Source: Vicugna vicugna (lineage: Eukaryota). Taken from it: a stretch of 64,000 nucleotides of DNA. Below the pieces are notes generated by a model. That model did not search any database, was not told the origin of the DNA, and was given only the letters and a program-made list of their open reading frames with translations. The position numbers were made by a program, and so were the translations under genes. Every line of letters starts with the position of its first letter. Within the stretch, counting starts at the first letter, position 1. The stretch spans positions 3,323,010 through 3,387,009 of the forward strand of contig MU058384.1 of the NCBI GenBank assembly GCA_013265495.1. The letters are read 5' to 3'. This document shows positions 1-12,531 of the stretch, in pieces.

Positions 1-11
1 TTTCCATCCAT
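1..11 (-). CDS. Possible start of main CDS (ATG GAT GGA AA.. = M-D-G-K/N), continuing beyond the window
   Basis: ATG at 11-9 with A at -3 and G at +4 (strong Kozak); in-frame stop 24 codons upstream (TGA 86-84). Only 11 nt visible, so unconfirmed. Confidence 0.3.
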
Positions 12-255
12 AGTAGTCACCTCTTTTCCATTGTGACTGATTTGAGCTTTACCAACACAAACAATCCCATCTCTTTGTGTCCATCAGGCAGGCAGAGCTC
101 CAGCATGGTGCTGTCTGGCTCAATGTGTGTTTGTCCCGGATGCTGAACGCACAACTTTTCCCATCTTGTAGACTTCCATTCCACTGCTCCTGACAAGAGA
201 CAAGTCTATTTATGCATCCTGCTTCTGTTTTTGAAATGCAGAATGACAATTTTTC
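1..255 (-). other. Candidate internal exon (5' UTR part of probable first coding exon), truncated by window edge
   Basis: Minus-strand acceptor ttttttaacatag|GAAAAATTG (exon starts at 255); unique non-repeat sequence; several short uORFs followed by ACTATGG at 14-8. Confidence 0.55.
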
Positions 256-589
256 CTATGTTAAAAAACTAGGAAAACAATACTTCAATTACAATTGAAT
301 GGCTGTAAGGGACAGCACAGTTCCATGAACTTGTATAAAAACAATATTAAAATGTCTGGTACAATGTGCTTTTTTTTAGCTAAAAAAAATGTAGTTATGA
401 GTTGTATGTGTGTGAATGTATGTGTGTTTTTAAAGTACCTTCATATAGTAGAGCTACAAAAAGAGATGCATTTTATTTATTAATTTGTGACTTTAATTTT
501 AAGTTTGGCAGGCAATGAAAGTGAAGAAAATCTCCAGACGGTTTCCTTTATTAGTGTTTGTTTCACATTTCTGAACTCCTGAAGATGAG

Positions 590-1830
590 AAGGAGTTACA
601 AATTTCGAAAAGGATAAAACTAAGATAAACCTTGTGGGGTAAAATTAGAATTGGAATTAGTGTAAACTCATGGTTTCAAAGAACACACAGAGGAATAGAA
701 ATAAATACAGATATAAAAGTGTGTGTATATACATACTCATACACTTATGGATTTCCTGACTATCCACTGAGAGGACCGAAAGGTCACAATAGCCCAGTGG
801 CAGTGATCATGCCTAGAACCTGGAGCTTGGCTTCAAATTCCATTCTCCACTAAAAGGAGTCAGAGAGAGAGCACTGATTCCAGGGCCGGGGCAAGGAAGG
901 GACCAGATGACCCTGGAACATCGTGTTATACCAGAAAGCAGGAAGCACTCAAAGAATGATGGAGACATATGAAAAAGACACAGGAGCCAACTTGACAGAG
1001 CTCCCACTGGCCAAACTGGGGACAATTTGATCATCAAAATAAACAATTATTGTAACATATTAAAGCTCATTGAATTAAACTAGAAAATCATGAAAATATA
1101 TAGATAGAAATAAATGAATACATTTGAAGTTTGTAAGGTACAAGATGTTTACACAATATCCTCCACTAAATTCTTATTTATTACAAAGAGAAACAACACT
1201 AACTTTACAGTTGAGAAGACTAGCCAACATCACCCAAGGCAAAGTGAGCCTCATCAGTGATGGGACAAATTGAAGTCACGCGCCTCGGTAGGAAGAACTT
1301 TTTCATTGATAAGTTTCTAATTTTACACTTCAACCCATGAAAGAGCTCTCTAAACTACCTATCTATCACAGAAGATGTTCTGTGATAGTCTTGTCTAACA
1401 TGCCACGTCTGAAACTAACCCTGAAGAAGCATCAGACCAACCCAGACTGAAGGACGTTCTACAAAATCAATGGTCTGTAATCTTCAAAAGTGCCAAGTCG
1501 TGCAAGAATACTGAGAAACTGTTCCAGGCTAAAGGAGGCTAAAGAGATACGAACTAAGTGCAAGATGTGATTCTAAACAGCCATTTTTGAGGCAAGGGTG
1601 AAACATGGACAAGATCTTGAATGTATCTGTTAACCATCAGAAGTTGATGGGTCTGTGGCATCTGTGTTGAAGAATGTCCTTGTTTATAGTTCATTCCCAC
1701 TAAAGAATTCAGGGATGGAGGATCATTAGGTGGGCAACTGACTCTAAATGGTTCAGAAGAAAAAAAAATTGTTTTAATTTTGTGTTTCCGACTTTTCTGT
1801 AAGTTTGTAGTTTTCCAAATTAAAAACAAA
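590..1830 (+). mobile_element. Old L1 3' end fragment (L1MC3/L1MC4-like)
   Basis: Recalled L1MC 3'-end motifs such as ttccagggccggggcaagg...ggaacatc...ccagaaagcaggaagcactcaaagaatgatggagacat...ctcccactggccaaactggggacaatttga. Confidence 0.7.
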
Positions 1831-1839
1831 AGGTTTTAA

Positions 1840-1966
1840 AACCTAGGCCTGAGTCTTGTCTTCAGAGAATCTGTATAGAATCGAGGTGGGACCCAGGCAT
1901 GACTTTTTTTTTAAAAGCTCCCCAGGGATTTCTAATGTGCAGCCAGGGTTAGACCCATTGGTCTAG
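1840..1966. mobile_element. MER5A-like hAT DNA transposon fragment
   Basis: ggtggggacccaggcatg...aagctccccagggatttctaatgtgcagccagggttagacccattggtctag resembles the MER5A consensus. Confidence 0.65.
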
Positions 1967-1974
1967 ACTCTAGA

Positions 1975-2380
1975 CAAACTTGCTCATTTTATGAAACAGT
2001 GAACAGAATTCAGATGCCAGCCCAAAGGGCGTGCAGCTGACTGAGCAGACCCCAGAGCTCAGGTCTTCAGATTCCGGGTTGGTGCTTTCATTTATTTTAC
2101 TGATACTATATTCAGGGCCCTGTACTTGATATTTTGGGGAAAAAAGCAGTAAAACATATGTGCTTGTGATAGTAATAATGCCTTCTTTTATGTAACATTT
2201 TATTGCTTATAAAATGTTTTAATGTTTCTTTTGGTTGTCTAGCAATTCACCTGAGTATTATTATCCCGGTTTTATAGACAAGGAAACTGATATTAAAATG
2301 AGTGAGTGATATGCTGTGTTGGGTCCAGGACTCTGGTCTGCTGACACCTAGGCTAGAATTTTTCTGCCACACTCCACTAG
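1975..2380. mobile_element. MIR SINE fragments (two pieces)
   Basis: MIR core motifs: attattatcccggttttatagacaaggaaactga; ctcattttatgaaac; gtcttcagattcc. Confidence 0.55.
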
Positions 2381-3229
2381 TTTAATAGAAGACGCAAATG
2401 CTAAATGTCAAGTGAGTAACAAAGAGCCATAAGCATTTTGGGAGCAGACGAGAACTTGAAGTCACTCTAGGTGCAGAATTAGAAAGAATGTCACAAAGGA
2501 AGCAAAGATGAGCCACAAATTACAAGCCAGATCAGTAAGATCATCTCAGCAGAGAGAGGAGTCAAGTCACTTTTGCTAGACAAACAGAGTAAATGAGTAA
2601 AGGTCAAGAAGAAAATAGAAGCTCCAGGTCTTGGGGGAGACGGTGATAAAGCTGTTTGGGTAGAGGAAAGCATTCACATCAGTGAAAACTTCCCATCAGC
2701 GACATTATATGAGGATAGACAACAACATTGTGGGGCATTTCTTCAACTTTTTTGCCAGAGCGGGGAAAAAAGCCAGTTATTGAAAACAGCTGAGTAAGTT
2801 TATGCTTAGCTTCTATTTGACAGTTCCTATGGAAAAATCACTTAAGTAGATTGTTCATTTTTATTTAAATAAAGGGTAGATACAATAATTATAATATTAC
2901 ATTATGCAAGTTGCAAGAAAACAAGTGTGACTCACATTTGACAAATACTAGTGTAGATGCTCTGCATTTGGCAACAGGGAGTCGCCCACTTGGAGGACTT
3001 CCTCCTCGCTGATGGACTGCAATGACCTTTCGATTACACATGACCACGGAGGAGAAGGGTGATGTAGATTGGCCACACGTTATTTCTATTTTGCCCTTAA
3101 AATGTATTTTTGTAATTTTCTTTAAGGTGGATGTACTAGAGTGTATTCCTTGGAGTAATGCCAAGCTGCTGTTAACCAAACAATGCCAAAATACAGAAGG
3201 GGTTCCCAAAACGTAGAAGCTTATTTCTC

Positions 3230-3600
3230 TGTCATAACCCTTCTGCAGTGAGTGGTCCAAGTCTGTGGGGCAGCCCTGCTCCCAGCTCGTTTCAGATGGT
3301 CAGGATCCGCCAAGTCACTTCATCACCCCTAGGGCATGGTTATCCCGGTCAAAGCTGGATCACCACCAAGTCTCGATTCTCAATTCAGCCCATAGGCAAG
3401 GAAGAGAGGATGTGGAGGAAGCAGCCCAATGCCTAGAGCCCCAGACCCAGAGACGGCACACGTCACATCCTCTCACATTCCAACAGGGAGCACCTGGTCA
3501 CATCTAACTGCACGGGAGACTGGGAAGGGCGGTCTCTAGCTACACAGTCACAGACCCGGGGAAAAGGGGGAAGGAGTTTGAGGTGATAACCAGCAGGCTG
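3230..3600 (-). mobile_element. MaLR LTR fragment (MLT1-like)
   Basis: cacatcctctcacattcca...ggtcacatctaactgcacgggagactgggaag is typical of reverse-strand old MLT1. Confidence 0.5.
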
Positions 3601-5302
3601 CATCATGTTGCTATTATAAGAAATTATAACTCAACGTGTATACTTTAAACAGCTTAGGAAGCTGCAATGTAAAGATCTCAAAGAAGTCACTAAACAGCCC
3701 AGTTTCTTTATTACCTTCTAGGGAAGAGACTACATTCTTCTAAACTTAAAGGAAGCAATCAAGTCCTGTGTTAAAATAATTCACCTTTTTGTCATTTAGC
3801 TTGCAGCCCAACCCAAGACTTGATAGCATCAGTGGCATGGTGAAGATCTAAGAAGCCAGATCTGGTCTACCCCAGATCACACGCTGGCATCCTGCAGGTT
3901 ACAAGCAGCTCCCGGGCATAGTCCATGAGTATGACCCAGTATATAACTTTTCCTGAGCAACAACAACAAAAAGGGAATTCTGGCCAAAATACTAGACTGT
4001 CGCTTCCACCTGGCAGCTGGGACAGGTGCTGAGCTCACCACAGTCCCCAGGACAACCTCCTAACTTGCACCCATACTGCTCTGGCCTGACCCTTCATCAC
4101 ATTCGGATTCTTAAGCCCTGGAGCATGCACGATGTGGCCAAGCCACCCAAACCTGGGTTCAGCTTCAACTGTGGTGGCAGGAAACGCCACTGCAGAGAGT
4201 TGGGAAGTGGGGTAGTTACTCTCAACAGGATTTAGCCCTTCCCAGGCTTACTTCCTCTTCACTATTAAAAGCGGATTTCTCTTTCATTCAATTCCCCCGC
4301 CTAGTCGGCAATAAATCATGTATCTCCTGAGTTTAGTGTTATGAACGTGAAGAAGTCAGAAGCACAGGTGAAATGTTGAGAAGGATGGGAAGGGAACACA
4401 CAATTATTTCATTTTAAAATGTTTTTGCTGTGAGAAAAATTCAAGGAAGTTTTAAAAATCTCTAAAAATAAATTCACTGAAACAAAGTGAATTCTCAATG
4501 AAATCTGGATAAAGAAAGGATAGAAATTAAAAATCTTTCCCTAAGAAGAAATACTGACTAGGCAGAAGACAGGCTAACCGTGCACCTAAAAAGATAAGCT
4601 TTCTTCTTTTCTTTATTGTTTCTTTTCTTTGCTGTTGTTTTATGTAAATAATTTCTTTATCCAGTTTTCCTCTGAGCAAAGCGACAGACTGAAGTGTAAT
4701 TTAAATCAATCACGTGGGCCAAAAAATTGTATTCTGGGCCAAATCCTTTGAAAATGTATCATATGCATTAATTCTCCAGAGCTCAGTTCAGACTCCACTG
4801 TGGTTAAAAATTATGTTATACAGAGTATTGGTTCCCAGCTCTCCTTAGACTGTCAGAACCCATCCTTTGCCTTTATAAATTTGGGCTAGTGTCTGGTTTT
4901 GTTTGGGAAGAGAAAGAAACAGTCTTAACAAAAAACACACGAGTGAGATCCAGTACAGCCATCATTAATGTGCTAAATTATTTCTAATATCTATCACCCT
5001 CCTACATCCAGGACTACGCTTGCTTTGCATAGCAGTAAAGCTGCCTTTACCTCCTGAGTTGGAGCAGAGGGACAGACATTTTCATTTGATGTCCGCTGAT
5101 GGAAACGAAACATTAAAATGCTATTTGGCAAGTAAGCAAAAGAGCAGAGGAGCGCAGCTTTCTTCCTTTTTAGACGTAGTTCTTTACAGAGTCTCCTTAA
5201 GAGTGCTCAGTAGGGTGTGACCATATTGCTCCCCGTGGTCATCATATGGTTTGCCCACGCAGACGCCGAATTGTTTTGTGGATGTGAAATATTGTACGTT
5301 AC

Positions 5303-5424
5303 CCCGAGAGCCGTGGAGCCAGCGGAGCCAGGAACCGTTGTTGAGACTGACAGTTACATTGTGTTCCTGAATAGTGCAACGGCAGAATCAAAAACACAAA
5401 TGGACCCAGACAGAATGTCCTGAC
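5303..5424 (-). other. Candidate 122-nt 5' UTR exon
   Basis: Acceptor ctttttcttaaag|GTCAGG at 5424; donor CGGG|gtaacg at 5303; unique sequence with locally retained CpGs. Confidence 0.5.
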
Positions 5425-5553
5425 CTTTAAGAAAAAGCCTGATTGGATATGGTGTAAACTCGCCTTCATCTCCCTCCATAATCCATTACACCTTTCTCAG
5501 CCCACTTTCTCAGGGCAGGCTGCTCCTAGACGGGCTTCTCTTAAATTCTTTAT

Positions 5554-5627
5554 GTGAAATTATTTCTGGGACCCAGGAGCACTGCAGTGAGTGAAATTAT
5601 TTCTGGGACCCAGGAGCATTGCAGTGA
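5554..5627 (+). repeat. 37-bp tandem duplication (2 copies, 1 mismatch)
   Basis: gtgaaattatttctgggacccaggagca(c/t)tgcagtga at 5554-5590 and 5591-5627. Confidence 0.95.
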
Positions 5628-7216
5628 GTGACTGCCTCCCCCTACAGAACTTATTCTTGGTAGTTACTTGAGATTAACATGGTTCAAAGACAACATTAAT
5701 GACAAATAGTGTTATTTTCATTAATCTAAGCATATTGGTATTGATGGCTGTACTTAAATTAAAAATAAGACAGATGCCCGGATAGGGGAATGGATGTGTA
5801 ATCAATGCTTCCAAACAAATATCATTTAATTGTCTTTAAATTCATAAATTACTATTTGCAATCACTAGTCTCCACCTTGCCAACGTCTTCAAGGGATCTA
5901 AACAGAAAAAACAAACACACAGAAGGGTGGAAAGTGATTAATTTCTCATTCCTCTGTATGAATTTTTCTACTCAATGAGGTTGTAAAATAATGGTTTTTT
6001 AATGGTAAAATTTACTAATTGCTTGATTGTATTGACATAACTTAATTTCTTTCACTTTTTATAAGAGACTATTACTTGTCACCATTTGTAAGGTTAATGC
6101 TGTTCACGTGTGAAGACATAAGCTATTAAATCCAGGGTCCTACACAATCTGATACAAGCAGCACGTGGTGAGTTGAGACAAAAGTGTAAGAGCATAACTG
6201 AGATAATTAACATCCCCAGTTAATAATTTAAACTACATATTTATTTCTGCACGTTTAGAGGGGAATAGTGATATTAAATTTTGACCATTAGGAAAAGTTG
6301 AATGCCAATATCCAAATAAAATAGTCCAGATGCATGTTTGTAGGGAAAAAAAGTTCTTCATTCTTATTAAAAGACAGATTTCTTCTTTGCAAGTATTTTC
6401 TAATAATGTTTCTACTTAGAACAATCCTGTGGATACACAGCAGCCTTTTTAAGACTTTTCTCTGTCTTTCTGTTCCTCTTTCCTGTTCTTTTCCTGATTT
6501 CTAGGCTGCCTTTCTGCTAACAAAATCTCCTTCGTAAGTTAATGTATTTGATTTCAACTGTTTCATACTGTATAAACATTTACCACTAGCAGATTAGAAA
6601 CACATGCTTTAAAATGTTTACAAGATTATATTACAGGTATAGGTATATTTCATCTGTCTCAACAGATAGAGGGACTTCACTTCTCATCGTATTTTTTAAC
6701 TCTGAACTTCTACAAGTCTGATGATTCCACTGGGTATTTCGTGCATCTCTGTTATACAAGAAGAAAGCAAGCATCTTCTAACTCAGTTAGCATGCTTAAG
6801 AATGGGTTTGGTTTTGTGTTCCATTAAAGTCAACTAAATGGATGCGCCGCGTGTCTTTATTTCAAAAATAAAGCTGAACAATTAAATCCCATGTCTCTTT
6901 GCTCAGCTTTTGTTTCCCACTTGCTGCCTTTGGATGTAATGGTAACGAAGTCAGTTAACATCAAGCATGCAGTAACAGGCATGGCAGAGTTCCTTGTTTT
7001 TGCTCAATCAGTCTGTGTTCAAACTATCAGTTTGATTTATTTGTCCACATTGACCCTTATTCACCACTTAATTATCCTCGTATAATGTTTCAAGAGGCTC
7101 CTGACACAAGGAGAAAGACAATTGCCGATGTTCTGTGAAACAACTGTTGACCTGATGGGCCCAGATGAAGCCCGTGGGTCGAAGGTTGTTTGCTTTTGGA
7201 AGAACCCACTCCTCAC

Positions 7217-7470
7217 GCCTGAGGGCTGCGGCCAGAGCCACTTGCTGTGGGTGCCAACGGCTGTCTGGTCAATCTGTTAATCCGCTTCTCGGAGTGCGTG
7301 CTGACCATCCCCACAGGATGTTCACGGCCTCTCACTCCATCAGTCTCTCCAAATCCCCTGATATGTTCAGGATAATCTTCAAGGGAAGGTATAAGGCAAA
7401 GCACATTCACATAGGCACACACTGCGCTTCAGAGTCAGCAGCGTCCTTAGAGGAACATACATGGTTCCTG
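7217..7470 (-). other. Candidate ~250-nt exon with NAGNAG acceptor
   Basis: atttccacccccag|cag|GAACC (start 7470 or 7467); donor AGGC|gtgagg at 7217 (moderate); GC/CpG-richer unique block. Confidence 0.3.
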
Positions 7471-8779
7471 CTGGGGGTGGAAATATATTTTCTCACTCTG
7501 TGTATGAACAGGAGGGATTTCAGAATTAACAGACCTGAAATCAGAAATATTATAGACACTGAAGTGCTTCCCATTGTGACTGGCCTCTAAGTCGCTGCTA
7601 TCACATCTGAGGAATTATCACTATTAAAGGCAAGCTGATATCTGTCTTTTACCTTTTGCCAGAAATACCATACAGAGTAATGAGTTTAGTTGGAAATGAA
7701 GGAAACTTACTCAGAACTTTTGAAATCGGACAACTATTCTACATCCATAGCCATGAAAATTCAAATATACATAAATGATAGTTGAAAACACAGACAACAA
7801 ATATTAAAATTTATAGAAAAATGGCACATATAAATATAAAAGTATAATTTTATATTTATGAAGTGGTTTTCTATAAAAATTTGAAATTATTTTCTGGCAA
7901 GTTGAGCCCATATTTCTTTTGGCTCCATCGCAGAATACATAAATGGTCTTTACAATACCCTCTAACCTCGGTTTGTCATTTTAATTTTTCACACATTTTC
8001 CTCTCTTGTTTGGTATGTTCTCCATCTTATTAAATTTTGGTCTCCACAGTTACCAGTGTAAACTGACAGCATAATTGTTTTTCATAAGTTAAAAATGTTC
8101 ATAAATGCTGTTTGAACCTAACATTAGAAAACCACTCAGGAATTCACAGTCCGACACAGCCTCCGTTTGTCGATGACTTTTATCCTTTTGCATCTAGGCC
8201 TTCCTTTCTCTGGAATGAGTGTATGATGACCAATGTTGCCCCACAGAAACAATATTATGAGAATTGCATAAATTACAGGCAGCATTTTTCAAAATGAAAA
8301 GTACCAAATATTTCTAAAAACTCCCTGGTAAGACTTTTTACTGGTGTGGCTGGAACCAAAATCTGGAGAAGCCTTTTCAGAAGCCCCTGTAATCAGAATG
8401 AAAACCACCAGAATAGAGTCTTTCACACCCCACGCTCCTCACCCTGACCCTCTCTGTCTGAGGAGGTCTGAAACCCTAGCAGAGGGGGTCTGGTGGCCAA
8501 AGACCTTCTGGCTGATTCTGTGCAGAGAGACTGTGGGTCAGGAGACCCATGTGGCCGCAGATGTCCCACCCAGACTTGGCAGCAGCGGTTTCCTCATCAG
8601 CGAGAGGTTCGGATGCAGTGTCCCTAGGAGCCCCTGTGCTGTTCAAGGGGTACACATCTCAGGCAAGAACTCTGGGGCGGGCGCATCAGTGAGCTGCAGT
8701 CTGGCATGCCCAGTTTTGCCCACACTGGATCCACTCTTTCCTGCATGAGATTTTTCTCCAGGACAAAGGATTCTGTGTC

Positions 8780-9505
8780 TTTTGTTTGTTTGTTTGTTTT
8801 TAATTAAAGTACAGTCAATTTACAATGTTGTGTTAATTTTGTGTACAGCATAGTGATTCAGTTTTATTCCTTTTAATATTCCTTTTAATATTCTTTTTCA
8901 TTATAGGTTATTACAAGATATTGAATATAGTTCCCTGTGCTATACAGCAGGACCTTGTTGTTTATTTATTCTGTATATAGTAGTTAGTATCTGCAAATCC
9001 CAAACTTCTAAGTTACCTCTCCATTTCCCCTTCTCCCTGATAACCAGAAGTTTGTTTTCTATGTCTGTGAGTTTGTCTTGGTTTTATAAATAAGTTCATT
9101 TGTGTCATTTTTTGATTCCACATATAAGTGATATCACACAGTATTTTTCTTTCTCTTTCTGGCTTACCTCACTTAGAATGATGATCTCCAGGTCCATTCA
9201 TGTCGCTGCAAATGGCATTATCTTATTCTTTTTTATGGATGAGTAATATTCCACTGTGTGCATATGTGTGTGTGTGTATATATATACACACACACACACA
9301 CATACATATATACAACAACTTCTTTATCCTGTCATCTGTCAATGGACATTTAGGTTGCTTCCCTGTCTTGGCTATTGTAAATAGTGCTGCTCTGAACACT
9401 GGGTCCATGTAGCTTTTTGAGTTGGAGTTCTCTCCAGATGTATGTTCAGGAAATATTGTTGGGTCATGTGGTAAGACTGTTTTTTAGTTTTTTAAAGGGA
9501 TTCCA
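8780..9505 (-). mobile_element. 5'-truncated cetartiodactyl/camelid-type L1 (3' end) with internal microsatellite
   Basis: T-rich tail, ttattacaagatattgaatatagttccctgtgctatacag, atctgtcaatggacatttaggttgcttccctgtcttggctattgtaaatagtgctgc; ORF 9223-9408 resembles the L1 ORF2 C-terminus (AALFTIAK..KQPKCP). Confidence 0.9.
9255..9312. repeat. Compound (TG)n(TA)n(CA)n microsatellite, quasi-palindromic
   Basis: tgtgtgtgtgtgtatatatatacacacacacacaca seen directly. Confidence 0.9.
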
Positions 9506-11085
9506 TAGATTTTAAAGAAGTTCTTTTTTTGTTGGTTGGTTTATTTAAAAAAAAAAACTCTGACTAGAGAAGCCTCCCAGCTCTGAGATTACATAAGTCT
9601 AGGAATAAAATTGTGCTTCTAAAGAGCCGAAGGAAGGCAGAGACAGAGGAGAACAGGCAGAAAGAAAGCCTCGGGGACAGGCTTGGCCATCTCTGCACCC
9701 TCCCCTCAGTGGGTTCTGTCATTTGCTGCTGGAGTAATCATTTCTCCTCTTCCTCTGGCCACAGACACGTGGGCCTGAGATGCTGCCCAGAAAGAATGCC
9801 GGTGGGACTGTGAGGACGCCTGCAGCCGGGGACTGTACTGATGGGGAGTCTGGCTTCTCCCTCTGCTCTGAAATTTCACATGTTCCAGTAGAAATGATCA
9901 AAATAAAAATTTCCCTGAGAAAAATACAGCCATCTTTAAGTTTTGGTTGTTGCTGTTTTATCTCACTCTCCTACTCTGAGTTCCTTTCCACCAGAAAATA
10001 TTTTTTTAATCTGAAAAATAATTTTCTTTTGACTCCTAGAGCTACATGTACCTCTTTCCTTCAAAAAGAGATTTGCGAAAAGTTCACTTCCAACAGCTCG
10101 AGGATTCTCTGACAAATCTGCTTTTGCCTCAGTCATCTTCATGCTGCTAGTGACTCAAAACAACGTTAAGAGTAAAAGTAACCAAGGGGAGAAGGAGTAA
10201 GCAGGAGCCACAGAAACAAGCACATATTTTAGCAAAAATGCTGAACTAACTCCCAACAGCATAAACCTCCCAATTCATTGAATAGTATGAACCTTCCCAA
10301 AAAGATAGGGACTCTTGACAATCATTTTAAATTTACCAACATATTTTGGATTACCATAGATAAAAGTTAGTACTTCATTCAGTTTGTCTTTTGATGGAAT
10401 AAAATTTTAACAGATTATACTTTGTCCCTCCCTAAGACAAGTAAATAAATAATATTTGAGAACTCACCTTGTTTCAGGAACAGTGTGATATATGGTTGGT
10501 ACCTTGAAAGCTCAGACAACTTGACTTCTCTACTTAACACCAGTGCGCCCTTGCAGAGTTATTTGGTCAGAACCCCAGATTCTCCATACGTAAAATGGGA
10601 ACTTTGATGCTGGGAGTGTACAGTGAGAAGATCAAAATACAGCTCCTATCCCATCCTTGCCCCTCCAAAAGTAATCTGCAAAGTGTTTTCCTTTCCATGC
10701 ATTTCCTTGTATAATTCGACAACACCTACAGCGCAGGGGCAATCAACCTTTTAAGGATGAACTAACTTAAGCGTAGGGAGAGTAATCAGAGAACAAATAC
10801 AGGGCTGCTGGCCTTCCAGCCATGCTTTTTCCATTTCTCCATTCCATCTTTGTTCCTCCCCTGGTGGCCACCATGATAAGATGAAGATTTAGCTACAACT
10901 TACGTGTCTTTATGGGGAAGTATGCTACAGGTAGAGGCGAGGAATAGAAAAGAGGCAGAAAACTATACTTGTGACCATTTATCCTACATCTGGTCTTGGA
11001 AGCCATGCAAAATGGCAAAGCCTGACTGGAGATGCTGGGAGAAAAGCAACGGGGTACCCAGCGTACTGGTTGAAAACAATGGTTC

Positions 11086-11295
11086 TGACGGGGCTGGGGA
11101 AAACTGAGTCCCTCGGGGGCATCTGGCAGGGTCTAGACACATTTTGGGTTGTAAGAAGGGAGGAAGAGGCTTTACTGTCACCTGGAGGGAGAGTCCAGGG
11201 ATGCAGCTAAGCATTCTACAATGCACAGGACTGCCTGCCGCCTACAACAGAGTTATGCAGCCCCAGATGCCCATAGCACTGGGGTTGAGTCCCTG
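11086..11295. mobile_element. MER20 hAT DNA transposon
   Basis: caatggttct...ggggcatctggcagggtctagacacattttgggttgt...ccagggatgcagctaagcattctacaatgcacaggac...acaacagagttatgcagcccc. Confidence 0.8.
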
Positions 11296-12058
11296 GCTTA
11301 AAATGAAAAATCCAAACAGAAAAACAGTCTTCTTCCTTTGCCATGATTCCTTTTCCTAACAGTCTTTCACTATCTGGCAGTAATGTCAGGGGGACATTTG
11401 CTCAATTTACAAATTCTGAATGGTGAGATCACAATGGTTCTGGGTGAGAGTATTAAGTGTTTAAATATACGTGATGTCTCTAATCCTGGAAGGAAGACAG
11501 CCTTGAAATAACTGGTATTTGAATTATTTATACATTTTTAAATTGCAAAAGGTACTATAAAATCTTAAATGTTGGGCTAAAATAAAAATAGTAAAATTTT
11601 CTCATGTTATTTTTTTTCTTTCTATTAGGAAATTCTGAATTCCTTGCCTTTGATTATTTGGATTCTAGGGATTTGGAACAGACTCGGCATCTAAAATAGA
11701 CCATGCAGCATCACAGAAAACGATGCCAGAAAGGTAAAGTCTTGAGTTTAAGATCATCCTAAATCTTAATAAATGTTTAAGACTTAAACGTGTGTTGCTT
11801 AAAGCTTCTGTATTTTATGCAATTTGCTTCTTCCCTGTAAAACACAGATAGTGAATCCAAACAAGATTACACAAATAATCATGTACAGAGAAAAAAGAAT
11901 AGATTTAATTCAGGGTTTAGTAGTGTGTCCAAATCAGAATGAGCATTAGAAGCACACTCGTTAATGAACTCCACCACACAAGCACCGCCAGCTTGCTCAC
12001 TGAAAACCAACTACATGTGGAGGGAAAAATATAAAGACGCTTCATTTTCTTAGCTTAC

Positions 12059-12192
12059 AGGAGTCTTTCGAATACAAAACAGCACTGAGACTAAGAGTTC
12101 AGCAGAGTCTATAACGTTGACCTCAAAGTTCAGGATTGCTTTGTTACGTTTGATTCTTGGTTAACAGCAGAGGGGCTTCTGTCTCCCAGAAT
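12059..12192 (-). other. Weak candidate 134-nt non-coding exon
   Basis: ttatcttattag|ATTCTG and CCT|gtaagc; stops in all three minus frames. Confidence 0.25.
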
Positions 12193-12531
12193 CTAATAAG
12201 ATAAATCAAGTTGTGTTTTCCATGTGGCAATTCCTGTAAGCAAAATTTTAAACATACTTCTAATAAAAAATATATGAACATGTACTACTTTCTGGCTGAT
12301 ATGGATATATTAAAAAACATTAATTTTTTTTCATATGGAAAATTTATGACCACGAAGTCAGTATATATCAAAGAGTTTGGCCAAGGCACACCAATAAAGC
12401 ATTCACCTACTGGGTTATGTTAAAACAGGGCAAGATAAAAGTAAAGTTAGCTCATTTCTTCCCATCACAACAAAAAGGTTGATAAAGAACATACTTGATA
12501 TCAAACAGCGCTTCCTGCTGGCTTCAGTTAC

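Noticed and set aside
5554..5627. 37-bp direct repeat of CRISPR-like length
   Set aside because: Only two adjacent copies with no spacer, no cas genes, and mammalian context.
7165..7590. 141-aa plus-strand ORF
   Set aside because: No recognisable domain and antisense to the candidate exon chain; length is compatible with chance in a GC-richer block.
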